From a virus (lineage: Duplodnaviria > Caudoviricetes): a DNA stretch of 64,000 bases. Positions 1 through 10,118 of this stretch are shown here, piece by piece. A program made the position numbers and the translations under genes. The notes under the pieces are model-generated. The model was given only the letters and a program-made list of their open reading frames with translations. It was not told the origin of the DNA and made no database searches. The stretch is taken from IMG/VR virus record IMGVR_UViG_3300010157_000062, positions 1,084 through 65,083 of that record. One strand, given 5' to 3'. The first letter of the stretch is position 1, and each line of letters starts with the position of its first letter.

Positions 1-1422
1 AAACAGCCAAGCATCAACTTCAGAAACAAGGTGTCTCATTAGTATAGTACCGCCGGCCGCGGTTGTTACCATCCCACCATTCATATAAAATGATGTTGTT
101 GAAGATGCGGGGTCTATGTAATAAGCAGTGTCATTGCTGTCGTAAAAGATTGGAGCACGAAGGGAACCTGCGGCTTGAAGGTAATTTCGTGTGGTTAGAA
201 CTACACCAGCATGGTCAATAGACATTGACGTTTTAGAACCTGTTGCAAACGAATCTGTCGTTGCAAAATACATTTTGGTTCCATAAGAACCAGATGACTG
301 AACATATATACCCGCTTGTGATCCAGAAGTGGACCATGCCCAAGTAATACCTTGTGCGTAGTCTGCGGTACCACCACCAGAAAAGTTTATTCCATAAGTT
401 CCTGTTGCAGGTGTTGTGGTATTGATGGCCGCTGAATAACTCGACTGTATGCCAGTTGATTCACTGGCATTAACTGAAGTGGCGGCAAAAGATGCAGGAC
501 CAATAGGGCCAATAGGTCCGATTGGTCCTTGTGGTCCAGTATTACCGATTGGTCCGATAGGTCCAATCGGGCCTATTGGACCCTGAGGTCCTGTTGGACC
601 AATAGGTCCCTGTGGCCCGATGGGTCCAATAGGCCCAATTGGTCCGATTGGTCCCTGTGGTCCAATTGGTCCGATAGGCCCGATAGGTCCGATTGGACCT
701 TGAGGTCCTGTAGCACCTCTGGCACCAGCGTCAACAATAGTCCAAGAAGATGCTAGTGTTGAACCAATACTAAAGTCCGTTGCAATTGAGAAGTTTGTAC
801 CACTTGAAATCGTTACTATTCCCTCAAATAAATTTGAAGTAGTATTAATAGCACGAACTCTGGAGCCTGTAGCAAAAGCACCCTGCTTATTCGTGGTGAG
901 AACAATAGTTCCACCAGTTGAAGGTGTGGCTGATGTTGTTGATGTGACGCCATCATAACCAACACCAATTGGTCCGATAGGTCCAATGGGTCCGATTGGA
1001 CCCTGTGGTCCTGTTACACCTTGAATGCCGATTGGTCCGATTGGACCAATTGGTCCTTGAGGTCCTGTTGGCCCGATTGGTCCAATGGGTCCAATTGGTC
1101 CGATAGGTCCTTGTGGTCCTGTTGCACCGATTGGTCCGATTGGACCAATAGGTCCCTGTGGCCCGATGGGTCCAATAGGTCCGATTGGACCAATGGGTCC
1201 TTGTGGTCCTGTTATACCAATAGGTCCAATTGGTCCAATGGGTCCTTGTGGTCCGATGGGTCCAATAGGTCCGATTGGACCTTGAGGTCCGGTTGCGCCT
1301 GTTGGACCCTGAGGTCCGATCAATCCAGAATTAGGTCCGGTCCATTGACCTGAAGAATTTATTACGTCTGTAGAACCAACTGTTAAGCCGTTCTTTACTA
1401 CAAACTTTGATGACGTTGCCAA
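1..1422 (-). CDS. Collagen-repeat tail fibre protein, 5' part (runs off the left edge)
   Basis: Not in the ORF track. TTG start at 1422 after GGGGAAG RBS gives [30 protein letters not shown]..., then (GPI/GPQ/GPT)n blocks. The same frame reads ...[13 protein letters not shown] at the window edge. Confidence 0.85.
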   Translation of the reverse strand, partial: MATSSKFVVKNGLTVGSTDVINSSGQWTGPNSGLIGPQGPTGATGPQGPIGPIGPIGPQGPIGPIGPIGITGPQGPIGPIGPIGPIGPQGPIGPIGPIGATGPQGPIGPIGPIGPIGPTGPQGPIGPIGPIGIQGVTGPQGPIGPIGPIGPIGVGYDGVTSTTSATPSTGGTIVLTTNKQGAFATGSRVRAINTTSNLFEGIVTISSGTNFSIATDFSIGSTLASSWTIVDAGARGATGPQGPIGPIGPIGPIGPQGPIGPIGPIGPIGPQGPIGPTGPQGPIGPIGPIGPIGNTGPQGPIGPIGPIGPASFAATSVNASESTGIQSSYSAAINTTTPATGTYGINFSGGGTADYAQGITWAWSTSGSQAGIYVQSSGSYGTKMYFATTDSFATGSKTSMSIDHAGVVLTTRNYLQAAGSLRAPIFYDSNDTAYYIDPASSTTSFYMNGGMVTTAAGGTILMRHLVSEVDAWLF

Positions 1423-1455
1423 GGTTCACTTCCCCTCAGTTATTATTTTTGTTAA

Positions 1456-4400
1456 TTAGATATTTATAACATCACGTATCATCTTAACCGTTGTGATTGC
1501 GTTAGCTGCCGTTACGAATAAACTGAGTGTTGAACCTGTGATCGTTGAATCAAATGTTCCTAGAGATGCCGTTGAAAATATTTCACCGTATTGTGAGAGA
1601 TATACTGTTGTACCATCGTGTATAAGAATCAATTCAATCATATGATATGAAGAACCGGAAGTCATCTGTACCTGATATTTTGCAGAACGATATACAGTTC
1701 TATCAAAAGAATCAATAGCAACTTGTGCAGTCGATGCTGTTGTAAATGTTGTAGATGTTCTTGCACCGTGTGTATGTGTTACTGTGTTTGCACCAAGGTT
1801 TGTGATGCCAGTAAAACTACCAGATATTGTGTCACCTGTTTTGTTTATTGGAGTGTATCCAAGTGCAGTAGTAACATCAGAAGATGTGAGTGTTACTGCA
1901 CCTGTTCTTGTGTTGAACGATAGAATACCGTTGTTGGTAATTGTGTATGTTCCAGAAGAAACTGATGTTGCAATCGAATTTGTTCCGTTGACAGCTAATG
2001 TTCCACCACCTGATACTGTACCAGAGCCAGTGTTTGCAACAAGATTGATTGTAGTTGAAATTGAGTTGTTTGATGCAGAAGTAACTCTGCCGTAAGTATC
2101 AACTGTGATTGTTGGAATTAATGTTGCAGAACCGTAAGTGCCAGCAGATACACCGGATGTTGCAAGGTCAAATGTGACAGCACCAGAGGTTAAAGACTGT
2201 GTAATTCTAGAAGAAGAATTTGCAGTTATCGATGTAACTGGTGTCTGTGACGATATTGTTGTTGTTCTACCATACGCATCAACTTGAATTGATGGATATG
2301 TATATGTTCCTGGAGTAATTGTACCAATCGTAGCAAGGTCAAACGTGACTACACCTGTTGTTGCAGACTGTGTAATTCTTGTGTTTGAGTTTGCTGTGAG
2401 TGATGTTACAGCCGATGTTAGTCCCGTGTTTGCTCTATTAAATGCGGCTTGTGTGAACGTATTTTGTGTAGCAATATTGGAAGAAATCTCTCCACGTAGA
2501 GTGGCCACGTTAGCAGAGATATTCGTATTGATAACAGAATTAGCAGACGTAGCATTAGCCGAGATTTCTCCTCGGAGAGTTGCCACATTAGCTGAAATGT
2601 TAGTATTAATAACAGAATTGGCTGATGTTGCATTAGCCGTAATTTCACCACGGAGAGTTGCAACGTTAGCGGAGATGTTGGTGTTAATTACCGAGTTAGC
2701 GGATATAGCATTGGCAGTAATTTCACCTCTCAACGTAGCAACGTTAGCGGAGATGTTGGTGTTAATTACCGAGTTAGCTGATGCCGCATTGGCTGTAATC
2801 TCAGAACGAACTGTGGATATGTTTGATGTTATTGAACCGTTTAATGTCGCAACGTTTGAACTAATTTCACCTCTGAGTGTGGCTACGTTAGACGATATGT
2901 TGGTGTTTATTATCGAGTTAGCTGAAAGAGCATTAGCCGAAATCTCGGAACGAAGTGTTGCTACGTTAGCAGTAATGTTAGTATTAATTACCGAATTGGC
3001 TGATACAGCATTAGCAGTAATTTCGGAACGAAGTATTGCTACATTGGAACTAATTGAACCGTTTATCGTGGCAACATTAGAAGATATACTACTATTGATT
3101 ACCGCATTTGCGGAAATGGCATTCGCTGTTATTTCAGAACGCAGAGTGGCTACGTTAGAGGCAATTGAACCGTTTATCGTGGCAACATTAGCAGTAATTT
3201 CTCCACGTAGAGTTGCTACATTAGATGCAATGTATGAATTCGTATTTGTTATCGAAGAATTAACAGTTGAATATGCAGATGTTGAATACACTAATATGTC
3301 TGTACCATTTACATTTGCATATGGTGTATCGATACCACCAACTTTGATCTTATCGTAAATTGTATTAGCATCAAAGTTTACTGTCGTAGTTGGTTCATTA
3401 ACTACGTTAGAGAAAAACTTCCATGTACCATCATTATGGTCACGTACAACACCAGTGTGTTGATAACGTGTTGTAATAAAATGTCCAACAACACCAATAT
3501 CAAGAACATTACTTGAATTGTTATTTGCCAAATAAATTAATGAATCATTAATCTCTAAGTTATTTGCAGAGATTGATGTTGTGTTACCACTTATTGTTAA
3601 GTTTCCGGAAACATTCAAGTCTTGAGTGATGTATACTGTTCCGGTGATTGTACCACCAGAAGATGAGAACTTTGTATTTGCTACTGAGTATGCAGAGTTT
3701 GCATGTGCATAAGCCGCATTAGCCTGGTCATATACAGCGGCAGAACTACCTCCACCACCGCCAGTATTGGCTGTATTGTAAGCGGCATTAGCGTGAGCAT
3801 AAGCCGCATTTGCTTGAGCAAACACGGAAGAAATGTTTGATGAAATTCTACTATTAATAACTGAATTAGCCGAAGCCGCATTAGCGGTAATAGAACCATT
3901 TAATGTAGAAACATTAGATGTAATCTCAGAACGTATCGTTGCTACGTTGGCTGATATGTTGGTGTTAATTACCGAGTTAGCCGAAAGAGCATTAGCAGTA
4001 ATTTCACCACGTAGAGTGGCCACATTAGCCGATATATTGGTGTTGATTACTGAGTTGGCTGAAACGGCGTTTGCAGAGATTTCAGAACGTAGAGTGGCAA
4101 CATTAGCAGATATGTTGGTGTTAATAACAGAATTCGCTGATACTGCATTGGCTGTAATCTCGGAGCGTAAAGTAACAACGTTGGACGAGATTTCACCACG
4201 TAAGGTGGCAACATTGGATGATATCTCTCCACGTAGAGTGGCAACATTAGCAGATATGTTGGTATTGATTACCGAATTAGCCGAAACGGCATTAGCAGTA
4301 ATAGAACCATTTATTGTTGCAACGTTGGTGGAAATTTCAGAACGTAGTATTGCTACGTTAGCAGTAATGTTAGTATTAATTACCGAATTAGCTGAAACGG

Positions 4401-6168
4401 CATTAGCAGTAATAGAACCATTTATTGTTGCAACGTTGGTGGAAATTTTACCATCAACATATAACTTTAGATTTGTGTTTGCTGTATCTGTGTATGAGTT
4501 TGCGCCCGATGCGGTTGCATTTGCCTTATTAAAAGCACCTTGTGCAACATCGACAATTCGAATACCCAAATCATAAATTGAATCACCACGAATAGCTCCG
4601 TTTGCACCGATACCACCTTTGACAACAAGCGCGCCAGTTGAGTTTGACGTTGATGCAGTACCACCTTTTAATACAAGGCCTTGTTTACGGACAAAACGTG
4701 CCGCTTCTGCATAGTCTGTACCTTGAATGAAAGTAATATCACCAACAGAACTTGAAGTGCCACCTGAACCTGTGGTACCGTAGAATACGTTACCACCAAA
4801 ACTTTGCGAATCATTACCAACAATTAAGAAGTAACCATCATTTGGATTTACAAACGGGAACGCATTGAAGGTTGTATTGTTGTACGTGTTACCAGCCATA
4901 CCTATATCGGCATAGTTGACTGTATCTGAACCGTTGTTTGTGGTGATAACAAAGTCACCAGTACCATTTGGATTTAGGTTTTGTTGGTTGACTTGTGAAT
5001 ATAATGCAGAGTTACCAGTAAACTGTGAAATTAAGTTTGGTAATATTGTATACGAACCCGTACCAACTGATAATCTTTCACGCACATTTGCTTCACCGGA
5101 TAAATCCAAATGACCATCTGGACGGAGAGCAATCGTAGTAATGTTATTATTCGAAACAGTTAGTGCATCAAGATTAGATGCTACATTGATGACAAGGGTG
5201 CCTGTCATCGTATCACCAGCTTTGCTTACTTTATTATTTGAACTAACAAACGAAGCATTAGCCGTAGCATACGCCGAATTGCCTGTTGTATAAGATGCAT
5301 TCGCAGTAGCATAAGCGCCATTCCCTGTAGCATATGCCGCATTGGCGGTTAAGTAACCTGCATTTGCAATCGAATATGCGGCATTCCCTGTAGCGTATGA
5401 TGCATTAGAGGTTGCATAACCAGAATTTGCCGTAGAGTAAGAAGCATTAGCAGTAGCATAGGCCGCATTCGCTTGGTTAAATGATGGCTGAATCTGTGGT
5501 GTTACATTGTTGGCTGCCGTATAAGCCGCATTAGCTGTTGCATATGCCGCATTAGCCGTGGAATAACCAGCATTTGCTGTGGCATACGAAGCATTACCAG
5601 TAAAGAATGCTATGTTTGCTCTTGAGTATGCTGAGTTGGCAAAAATGAATGTTGAGTTTGTGTATGCATATGCCGCATTTCCTGTGTCATACGATGTATT
5701 CGCAGTAGCATATGCGGCATTAGCTACATTATATACAGCATTACTGGAAACAAAGGCCGCATTAGCCCTATTGTATGAAGCGTTCGCATGTGCATATGAG
5801 GCATTTGCAAAAATATAAATTGTGTTTGATAGTGCAAAAGCGGCATTTCCCGTGGTGAATGCCAAATTGGCCATCGCATATGCTGAATTGCCTGTGGTGT
5901 ATGATGCATTTCCTGTTGCATATGCGGCATTGCCTGTTATGTAAGCAACGTTTGCTTGTGCATATCCGGCAACAGCTATATCATAAGCAATATTGGCTTT
6001 CTCAAATGCATTATTGGCAGCCGATGCACCAGCACCAGCAGAGTATTGTATAGATTGTACTCTCTGTGCATTTAGTTGAGTCGTACCAACTTTTACAGAA
6101 CCTGTGGCTGTATTCGTTGAAGGTAATACGTTTGCTTTTACCTTTACTTTGCCAATTTCTTGTGTCAT
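1456..6168 (-). CDS. Long tail fibre / virion structural protein with coiled-coil repeats (1570 aa)
   Basis: ANAAY-type heptads, many SANVATLRGEITANA..SANSVINTNI repeats, and a C-terminal IDSF...YRSAKYQVQ...HDGTTVYLSQYGEI domain typical of T4-like fibres. Confidence 0.8.
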   Translation of the reverse strand: MTQEIGKVKVKANVLPSTNTATGSVKVGTTQLNAQRVQSIQYSAGAGASAANNAFEKANIAYDIAVAGYAQANVAYITGNAAYATGNASYTTGNSAYAMANLAFTTGNAAFALSNTIYIFANASYAHANASYNRANAAFVSSNAVYNVANAAYATANTSYDTGNAAYAYTNSTFIFANSAYSRANIAFFTGNASYATANAGYSTANAAYATANAAYTAANNVTPQIQPSFNQANAAYATANASYSTANSGYATSNASYATGNAAYSIANAGYLTANAAYATGNGAYATANASYTTGNSAYATANASFVSSNNKVSKAGDTMTGTLVINVASNLDALTVSNNNITTIALRPDGHLDLSGEANVRERLSVGTGSYTILPNLISQFTGNSALYSQVNQQNLNPNGTGDFVITTNNGSDTVNYADIGMAGNTYNNTTFNAFPFVNPNDGYFLIVGNDSQSFGGNVFYGTTGSGGTSSSVGDITFIQGTDYAEAARFVRKQGLVLKGGTASTSNSTGALVVKGGIGANGAIRGDSIYDLGIRIVDVAQGAFNKANATASGANSYTDTANTNLKLYVDGKISTNVATINGSITANAVSANSVINTNITANVAILRSEISTNVATINGSITANAVSANSVINTNISANVATLRGEISSNVATLRGEISSNVVTLRSEITANAVSANSVINTNISANVATLRSEISANAVSANSVINTNISANVATLRGEITANALSANSVINTNISANVATIRSEITSNVSTLNGSITANAASANSVINSRISSNISSVFAQANAAYAHANAAYNTANTGGGGGSSAAVYDQANAAYAHANSAYSVANTKFSSSGGTITGTVYITQDLNVSGNLTISGNTTSISANNLEINDSLIYLANNNSSNVLDIGVVGHFITTRYQHTGVVRDHNDGTWKFFSNVVNEPTTTVNFDANTIYDKIKVGGIDTPYANVNGTDILVYSTSAYSTVNSSITNTNSYIASNVATLRGEITANVATINGSIASNVATLRSEITANAISANAVINSSISSNVATINGSISSNVAILRSEITANAVSANSVINTNITANVATLRSEISANALSANSIINTNISSNVATLRGEISSNVATLNGSITSNISTVRSEITANAASANSVINTNISANVATLRGEITANAISANSVINTNISANVATLRGEITANATSANSVINTNISANVATLRGEISANATSANSVINTNISANVATLRGEISSNIATQNTFTQAAFNRANTGLTSAVTSLTANSNTRITQSATTGVVTFDLATIGTITPGTYTYPSIQVDAYGRTTTISSQTPVTSITANSSSRITQSLTSGAVTFDLATSGVSAGTYGSATLIPTITVDTYGRVTSASNNSISTTINLVANTGSGTVSGGGTLAVNGTNSIATSVSSGTYTITNNGILSFNTRTGAVTLTSSDVTTALGYTPINKTGDTISGSFTGITNLGANTVTHTHGARTSTTFTTASTAQVAIDSFDRTVYRSAKYQVQMTSGSSYHMIELILIHDGTTVYLSQYGEIFSTASLGTFDSTITGSTLSLFVTAANAITTVKMIRDVINI
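1461..1468 (-). promoter_or_regulatory. T4-type late promoter TATAAATA
   Basis: Exact gp55 consensus about 40 nt upstream of the fibre start at 1422. Confidence 0.75.
2400..4500. repeat. Two blocks of coding tandem repeats (11/22-aa units) in the fibre gene
   Basis: Recurrent near-identical DNA such as gtggcaacattagcagatatgttggtgttaat. Confidence 0.85.
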
Positions 6169-6518
6169 TATAACATTCCAAGCGTCTTAGTTACTTGAGG
6201 TGTAACGTTTACAATTCCCTCTAATACACGCGCTCTTGTTGAACCGGATGTTACAACCACATCATACAAGTATCTACCTGGATAAATGTTTGCTGTCGTT
6301 GCGGCCTCTAATGATAGAGTTACAATACCTTCAGAAGGTGTGCCGGTTGTAACCACAAAAGTGGCAGCCGCATTAGATGAGTAATATGATTTTCTCATCT
6401 GCGCGGTTCCCGCATAACCCGTTAAATTAAAAGGTGAGCCAGAAACATCATCAATCGTCAATGAAACGTTGAATGATGTTCCTTGTTCTAGGAATAGTTC
6501 TGTGTAACCTGCTGCCAT
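6168..6518 (-). CDS. Small virion/baseplate-associated beta-sandwich protein
   Basis: EQGTSF...AQMRKSYYSS...GRYLYDV...RVLEGIVNVTPQVT pattern, located between fibre genes. Confidence 0.65.
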   Translation of the reverse strand: MAAGYTELFLEQGTSFNVSLTIDDVSGSPFNLTGYAGTAQMRKSYYSSNAAATFVVTTGTPSEGIVTLSLEAATTANIYPGRYLYDVVVTSGSTRARVLEGIVNVTPQVTKTLGML

Positions 6519-6546
6519 TTTATCTCTCTAAATTAAGGTATTCAGG

Positions 6547-6554
6547 TATTTATT
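6547..6554 (-). promoter_or_regulatory. Late promoter variant AATAAATA
   Basis: ATAAATA core about 30 nt upstream of the ATG at 6518. Confidence 0.55.
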
Positions 6555-9500
6555 TGCTTTTTAATTCGGCAACTTCAGCTTTCAATTCCTTTACAGCTTG
6601 AATTAAGAACGCAACCATTTTTTCATACTTAACGGCTTTGTATCCGTTGTCACGTGTTTGCACCAATACTGGAAGAACTTCTTCAATCTCTTGGGCAATA
6701 ACACCAATATCACGTTCAGTTCTATCTGGATACATTCTCTGAGCAGTTTCATTCCAGTCGAAGTAAACACCACGGATTCCATCTAACATTTCTAATGCAT
6801 TTGGAATTGTTTCGATGTTAGTCTTCAGATTTTTGTCAGAAGAATAAAACGCAGTAATGTCATTGTATGCTACGATAGTACCTGATGTTGAACCAGGGTT
6901 GGCAATACCGACACCAAGATAACCTAGTTGTATGTTAGCATTTGTTGCATAGTTTGGTCCGATTGGACCAATAGGTCCGATAGGTCCCTGAGGTCCAATA
7001 GGTCCAAGAGGTCCGATAGGTCCAATAGGTCCTTGTGGCCCAATAGGCCCAATAGGTCCAAGAGGTCCTTGTGGCCCAATAGGCCCGATAGGTCCAAGAG
7101 GTCCTTGTGGCCCAATAGGCCCGATAGGTCCAAGAGGTCCAATTGGTCCAATAGGTCCCTGAGGTCCGATAGGTCCGATTGGCCCAATAGGTCCTTGTGG
7201 TCCAATGGGTCCAATAGGTCCTTGTGGTCCAATGGGTCCAATAGGTCCGATTGGTCCGATAGGTCCTTGTGGTCCAATGGGTCCAATGGGTCCGATGGGT
7301 CCTTGTGGTCCTGTTGGTCCAGATGGACCCTGTGGTCCTGTTGGTCCAGATGGACCCTGTGGTCCTGTTGGTCCTGTTGGTCCAATAGGTCCAATAGGTC
7401 CAATAGGTCCAATAGGTCCGATTGGTCCCTGTGGTCCTGTTGGTCCGATAGGTCCGATAGGTCCTTGTGGTCCAATATTACCTGCTCTTGTGAATTGCAC
7501 TAGAACTAAATCGGTGTTTGTGAATGAACCTATAGATGTAATGTTTGTGAGACCAACAGTTCTATAACCTGTAGAATCTGTTACAGAAGAAACCGAGAAT
7601 ACTGCATATTTTGTTGTTGATGCACCAAAAACAGAGAGTCTGATGTAACCTTTAATTGCCGCATTTGATTGTCCCCACTCGGTCAACAATGCAGAAATGT
7701 CATTACCATATGTGTCTAGATTATCAAAATAACCAGCAGTTGCAGAACCAACTGTAAGGTTATTCAATCTGAATATGCCATTACCTGGATCGGCTGCTGT
7801 AACTGTTGTCGAATATACTTGTGCAAAGACAACTGCGGCACCAGAATTCAATACGTTCGATGTAACTCTACCATCTGTATACAATTTCAAGTTTGTATTA
7901 GCAGTATCTGTGTATGACTTTACTGCATTAGGTGTCGATGCTCTTGTTGCATTTGTATCGATAGAATCTTGTAGCTGGACAAGACCAGCGTTGGTTGTGT
8001 TAGCTGTATATTTTTCAGTAACAATAATAAATGCTGAGTTAGGATCAGCACCACCAATATCACGGAGTGCCCATGTTCTTGTTCCATTATTAAACTGAAT
8101 TTGTGCATTTGGTGTGAATGTTGCTAATCCTGCTTGTCTATTAACACCAAAAACTGCCGTTGCAGAACCTGTAATAGGTGAAGCACCTTTTAAGTTTAAT
8201 GTATCAGAATCATAAATTGTTGTACCATTGATAATGAAGTTACCCTTAACTGTCAAGTCATGGTTAACCATCGCATCATGTGTTTCGATTGAAGAATTTG
8301 CAAAAATTGATGTTGCATTCACCATTGTAGACGCATAAACTATTGGTGTCGTAACATAGGAGTTGGATGATACTGAACCGACATTTAATGTTGTCGCAAT
8401 TCTACCATAAGATGCTACATTTAAGTTACCACCATTTAATGCAGTGTTAGCAGTAATCGTACCACCAACAACTGTTGTTACAGCAGATAAAGTTCCAACG
8501 TTACCTGTATTGGCTTGCATTAAACCAACAATGTTTGCTGATGATGCATTAATAGCATTAATAATGTTAGCAGAACCTGCGGATAATATTGTGTTGGCAG
8601 TGATTGTACCACCTAACAGAGAAGTGTTAGCCACAATGGTGCCAATTCTAGCTGAGCCAGCATCAATACCATTAACGACATTGGCTGAACCAACATTGAG
8701 TTGTGTATTGGCAGTGATTGTACCACCAACAACTGTTGTTACAGCGGATAGAGTTCCAACATTACCAGTATTAGCCTGCATTAGACCAATAATGTTTGCT
8801 GATGATGCATTAATTGCATTGATAATATTTGCGGAACCACCAGAGAGTATAGTGTTAGCAGTGATTGTGCCACCGACCAATGATGTGTTGGCGATAATTG
8901 TGGCAATTCTAGCAGAGCCAGCATCCAATAATCCCACAACGTTAGCGGTGTTTGTATTCAGTTGTGTATTGGCAGTGATTGTACCACTAATAATAGATGT
9001 GTTGGCAACTAGAACTGCTGTAACTACACCAGTGTTGGCAACTAAACCTGCTGTTACGATTGTGTTGTTAGCAACAAGGCCGGCAGTTACGATAGTATTA
9101 TTGGCAACTAAGCCTGCTGTAACTACACCAGTGTTAGCAACCAATGCCGCAGTTGTAATACCTGTGTTGGCAACCATGTTACCAACTTGTAAACGAGTAG
9201 AAAAAGATTCTGTAGTTGTTACATAACTATTAGAATTCAGTGACATTACATAAGCATTACTTGATGTATATAATGTGGCAGTATTTACAAATACGTTTGC
9301 AGAAATTGATCTAGCATTAACTGCACCAGCAACGTTTGCCCAACCAGTATTAATTTCTAAGTTTGCAGTTAAATTTTGTGTGTAACTTGTAGAAGCATAA
9401 AGTGTTGGTGTCTGCACCCATGTATTAGATACTAAATTGGCAACTCTTGTATTACCACCAACAATTAAACCATCAGCAATCCTTACGTTCGCACCAATGG

Positions 9501-9897
9501 TTGCGGAGTTTGAAACTACGAGAGCAAGCCCTTTGGCATCAACACCTGTACCAGTAACAAACAAGTTTGCAATGTTGGCGGCACCATCAACTCTAAGACC
9601 TAGGGAACCAGATGCATTGAAAGTTGTGTTGGCGGCACGAAGTACCCCAGTTGAAACTGTCAAATCATTTTGTACAACTGCTGAAGAACCAGTACCAGTT
9701 ACTTGTAATTGTCCTTGTATGATTACATTATTTGCAACCTGTAGACCAGTTCCTGATGAATTGACAATGAATGTTCCTGTATTTTTAGTATAGTTATTTG
9801 CACCTATGTCATTGGTTTCCGCCAATACCTGGTTCGTTGTAACTACCCAATCGCCAAACGTGTTGGCATAACTTAGGGGTGTGATTTGATTAGCCAT
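6550..9897 (-). CDS. Tail fibre with collagen domain and C-terminal intramolecular chaperone (peptidase S74-like)
   Basis: About 58 G-P-X triplets, then [13 protein letters not shown]...[12 protein letters not shown]...[18 protein letters not shown]. Confidence 0.88.
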   Translation of the reverse strand: MANQITPLSYANTFGDWVVTTNQVLAETNDIGANNYTKNTGTFIVNSSGTGLQVANNVIIQGQLQVTGTGSSAVVQNDLTVSTGVLRAANTTFNASGSLGLRVDGAANIANLFVTGTGVDAKGLALVVSNSATIGANVRIADGLIVGGNTRVANLVSNTWVQTPTLYASTSYTQNLTANLEINTGWANVAGAVNARSISANVFVNTATLYTSSNAYVMSLNSNSYVTTTESFSTRLQVGNMVANTGITTAALVANTGVVTAGLVANNTIVTAGLVANNTIVTAGLVANTGVVTAVLVANTSIISGTITANTQLNTNTANVVGLLDAGSARIATIIANTSLVGGTITANTILSGGSANIINAINASSANIIGLMQANTGNVGTLSAVTTVVGGTITANTQLNVGSANVVNGIDAGSARIGTIVANTSLLGGTITANTILSAGSANIINAINASSANIVGLMQANTGNVGTLSAVTTVVGGTITANTALNGGNLNVASYGRIATTLNVGSVSSNSYVTTPIVYASTMVNATSIFANSSIETHDAMVNHDLTVKGNFIINGTTIYDSDTLNLKGASPITGSATAVFGVNRQAGLATFTPNAQIQFNNGTRTWALRDIGGADPNSAFIIVTEKYTANTTNAGLVQLQDSIDTNATRASTPNAVKSYTDTANTNLKLYTDGRVTSNVLNSGAAVVFAQVYSTTVTAADPGNGIFRLNNLTVGSATAGYFDNLDTYGNDISALLTEWGQSNAAIKGYIRLSVFGASTTKYAVFSVSSVTDSTGYRTVGLTNITSIGSFTNTDLVLVQFTRAGNIGPQGPIGPIGPTGPQGPIGPIGPIGPIGPIGPTGPTGPQGPSGPTGPQGPSGPTGPQGPIGPIGPIGPQGPIGPIGPIGPIGPQGPIGPIGPQGPIGPIGPIGPQGPIGPIGPLGPIGPIGPQGPLGPIGPIGPQGPLGPIGPIGPQGPIGPIGPLGPIGPQGPIGPIGPIGPNYATNANIQLGYLGVGIANPGSTSGTIVAYNDITAFYSSDKNLKTNIETIPNALEMLDGIRGVYFDWNETAQRMYPDRTERDIGVIAQEIEEVLPVLVQTRDNGYKAVKYEKMVAFLIQAVKELKAEVAELKSK
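6955..7480 (-). repeat. Collagen-like (Gly-Pro-Ile/Gln/Thr/Leu)n coding repeat
   Basis: 9-bp periodic ggtccaata/ggtccgata/ggtccttgt units. Confidence 0.95.
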
Positions 9898-10117
9898 TTC
9901 CGCCTTTACTTATTAATTGCGTCAATAAATTTTTGATATCTTGCATGTCGGTTTTCAATGAATTTAATTCCAACTTCATACTATTTATTTGACTTTTTTG
10001 AGCATTCATCATCTTAACTTTGGAATAATATTCTTCTCTGGCGGAATAATCATTGTTGATTAGCGCCATTGAAGAAGTATCACGTGCAAATTTTGAATCT
10101 TGTACATCAACCAGCAT
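9890..10117 (-). CDS. Small coiled-coil protein of the tail module
   Basis: 75 aa, [10 protein letters not shown] motif plus heptad tail, abuts or overlaps both neighbours. Confidence 0.65.
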   Translation of the reverse strand: MLVDVQDSKFARDTSSMALINNDYSAREEYYSKVKMMNAQKSQINSMKLELNSLKTDMQDIKNLLTQLISKGGNG

Positions 10118-10118
10118 A

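Noticed and set aside
529-1353. Plus-strand ORFs (WSDWTNRS repeats, [10 protein letters not shown]...)
   Set aside because: Shadow frames of the minus-strand collagen repeat; GGN-CCN codons read as Gly-Pro on both strands.
2345-4576. Long plus-strand ORFs (337 and 247 aa)
   Set aside because: Antisense shadows of the coiled-coil repeats in the 1570-aa fibre; no independent family motif.
6924-7567. Alternative-frame ORFs and a possible CRISPR-like array in the periodic DNA
   Set aside because: The 9-bp period is explained by G-P-X coding, and there are no unique spacers.
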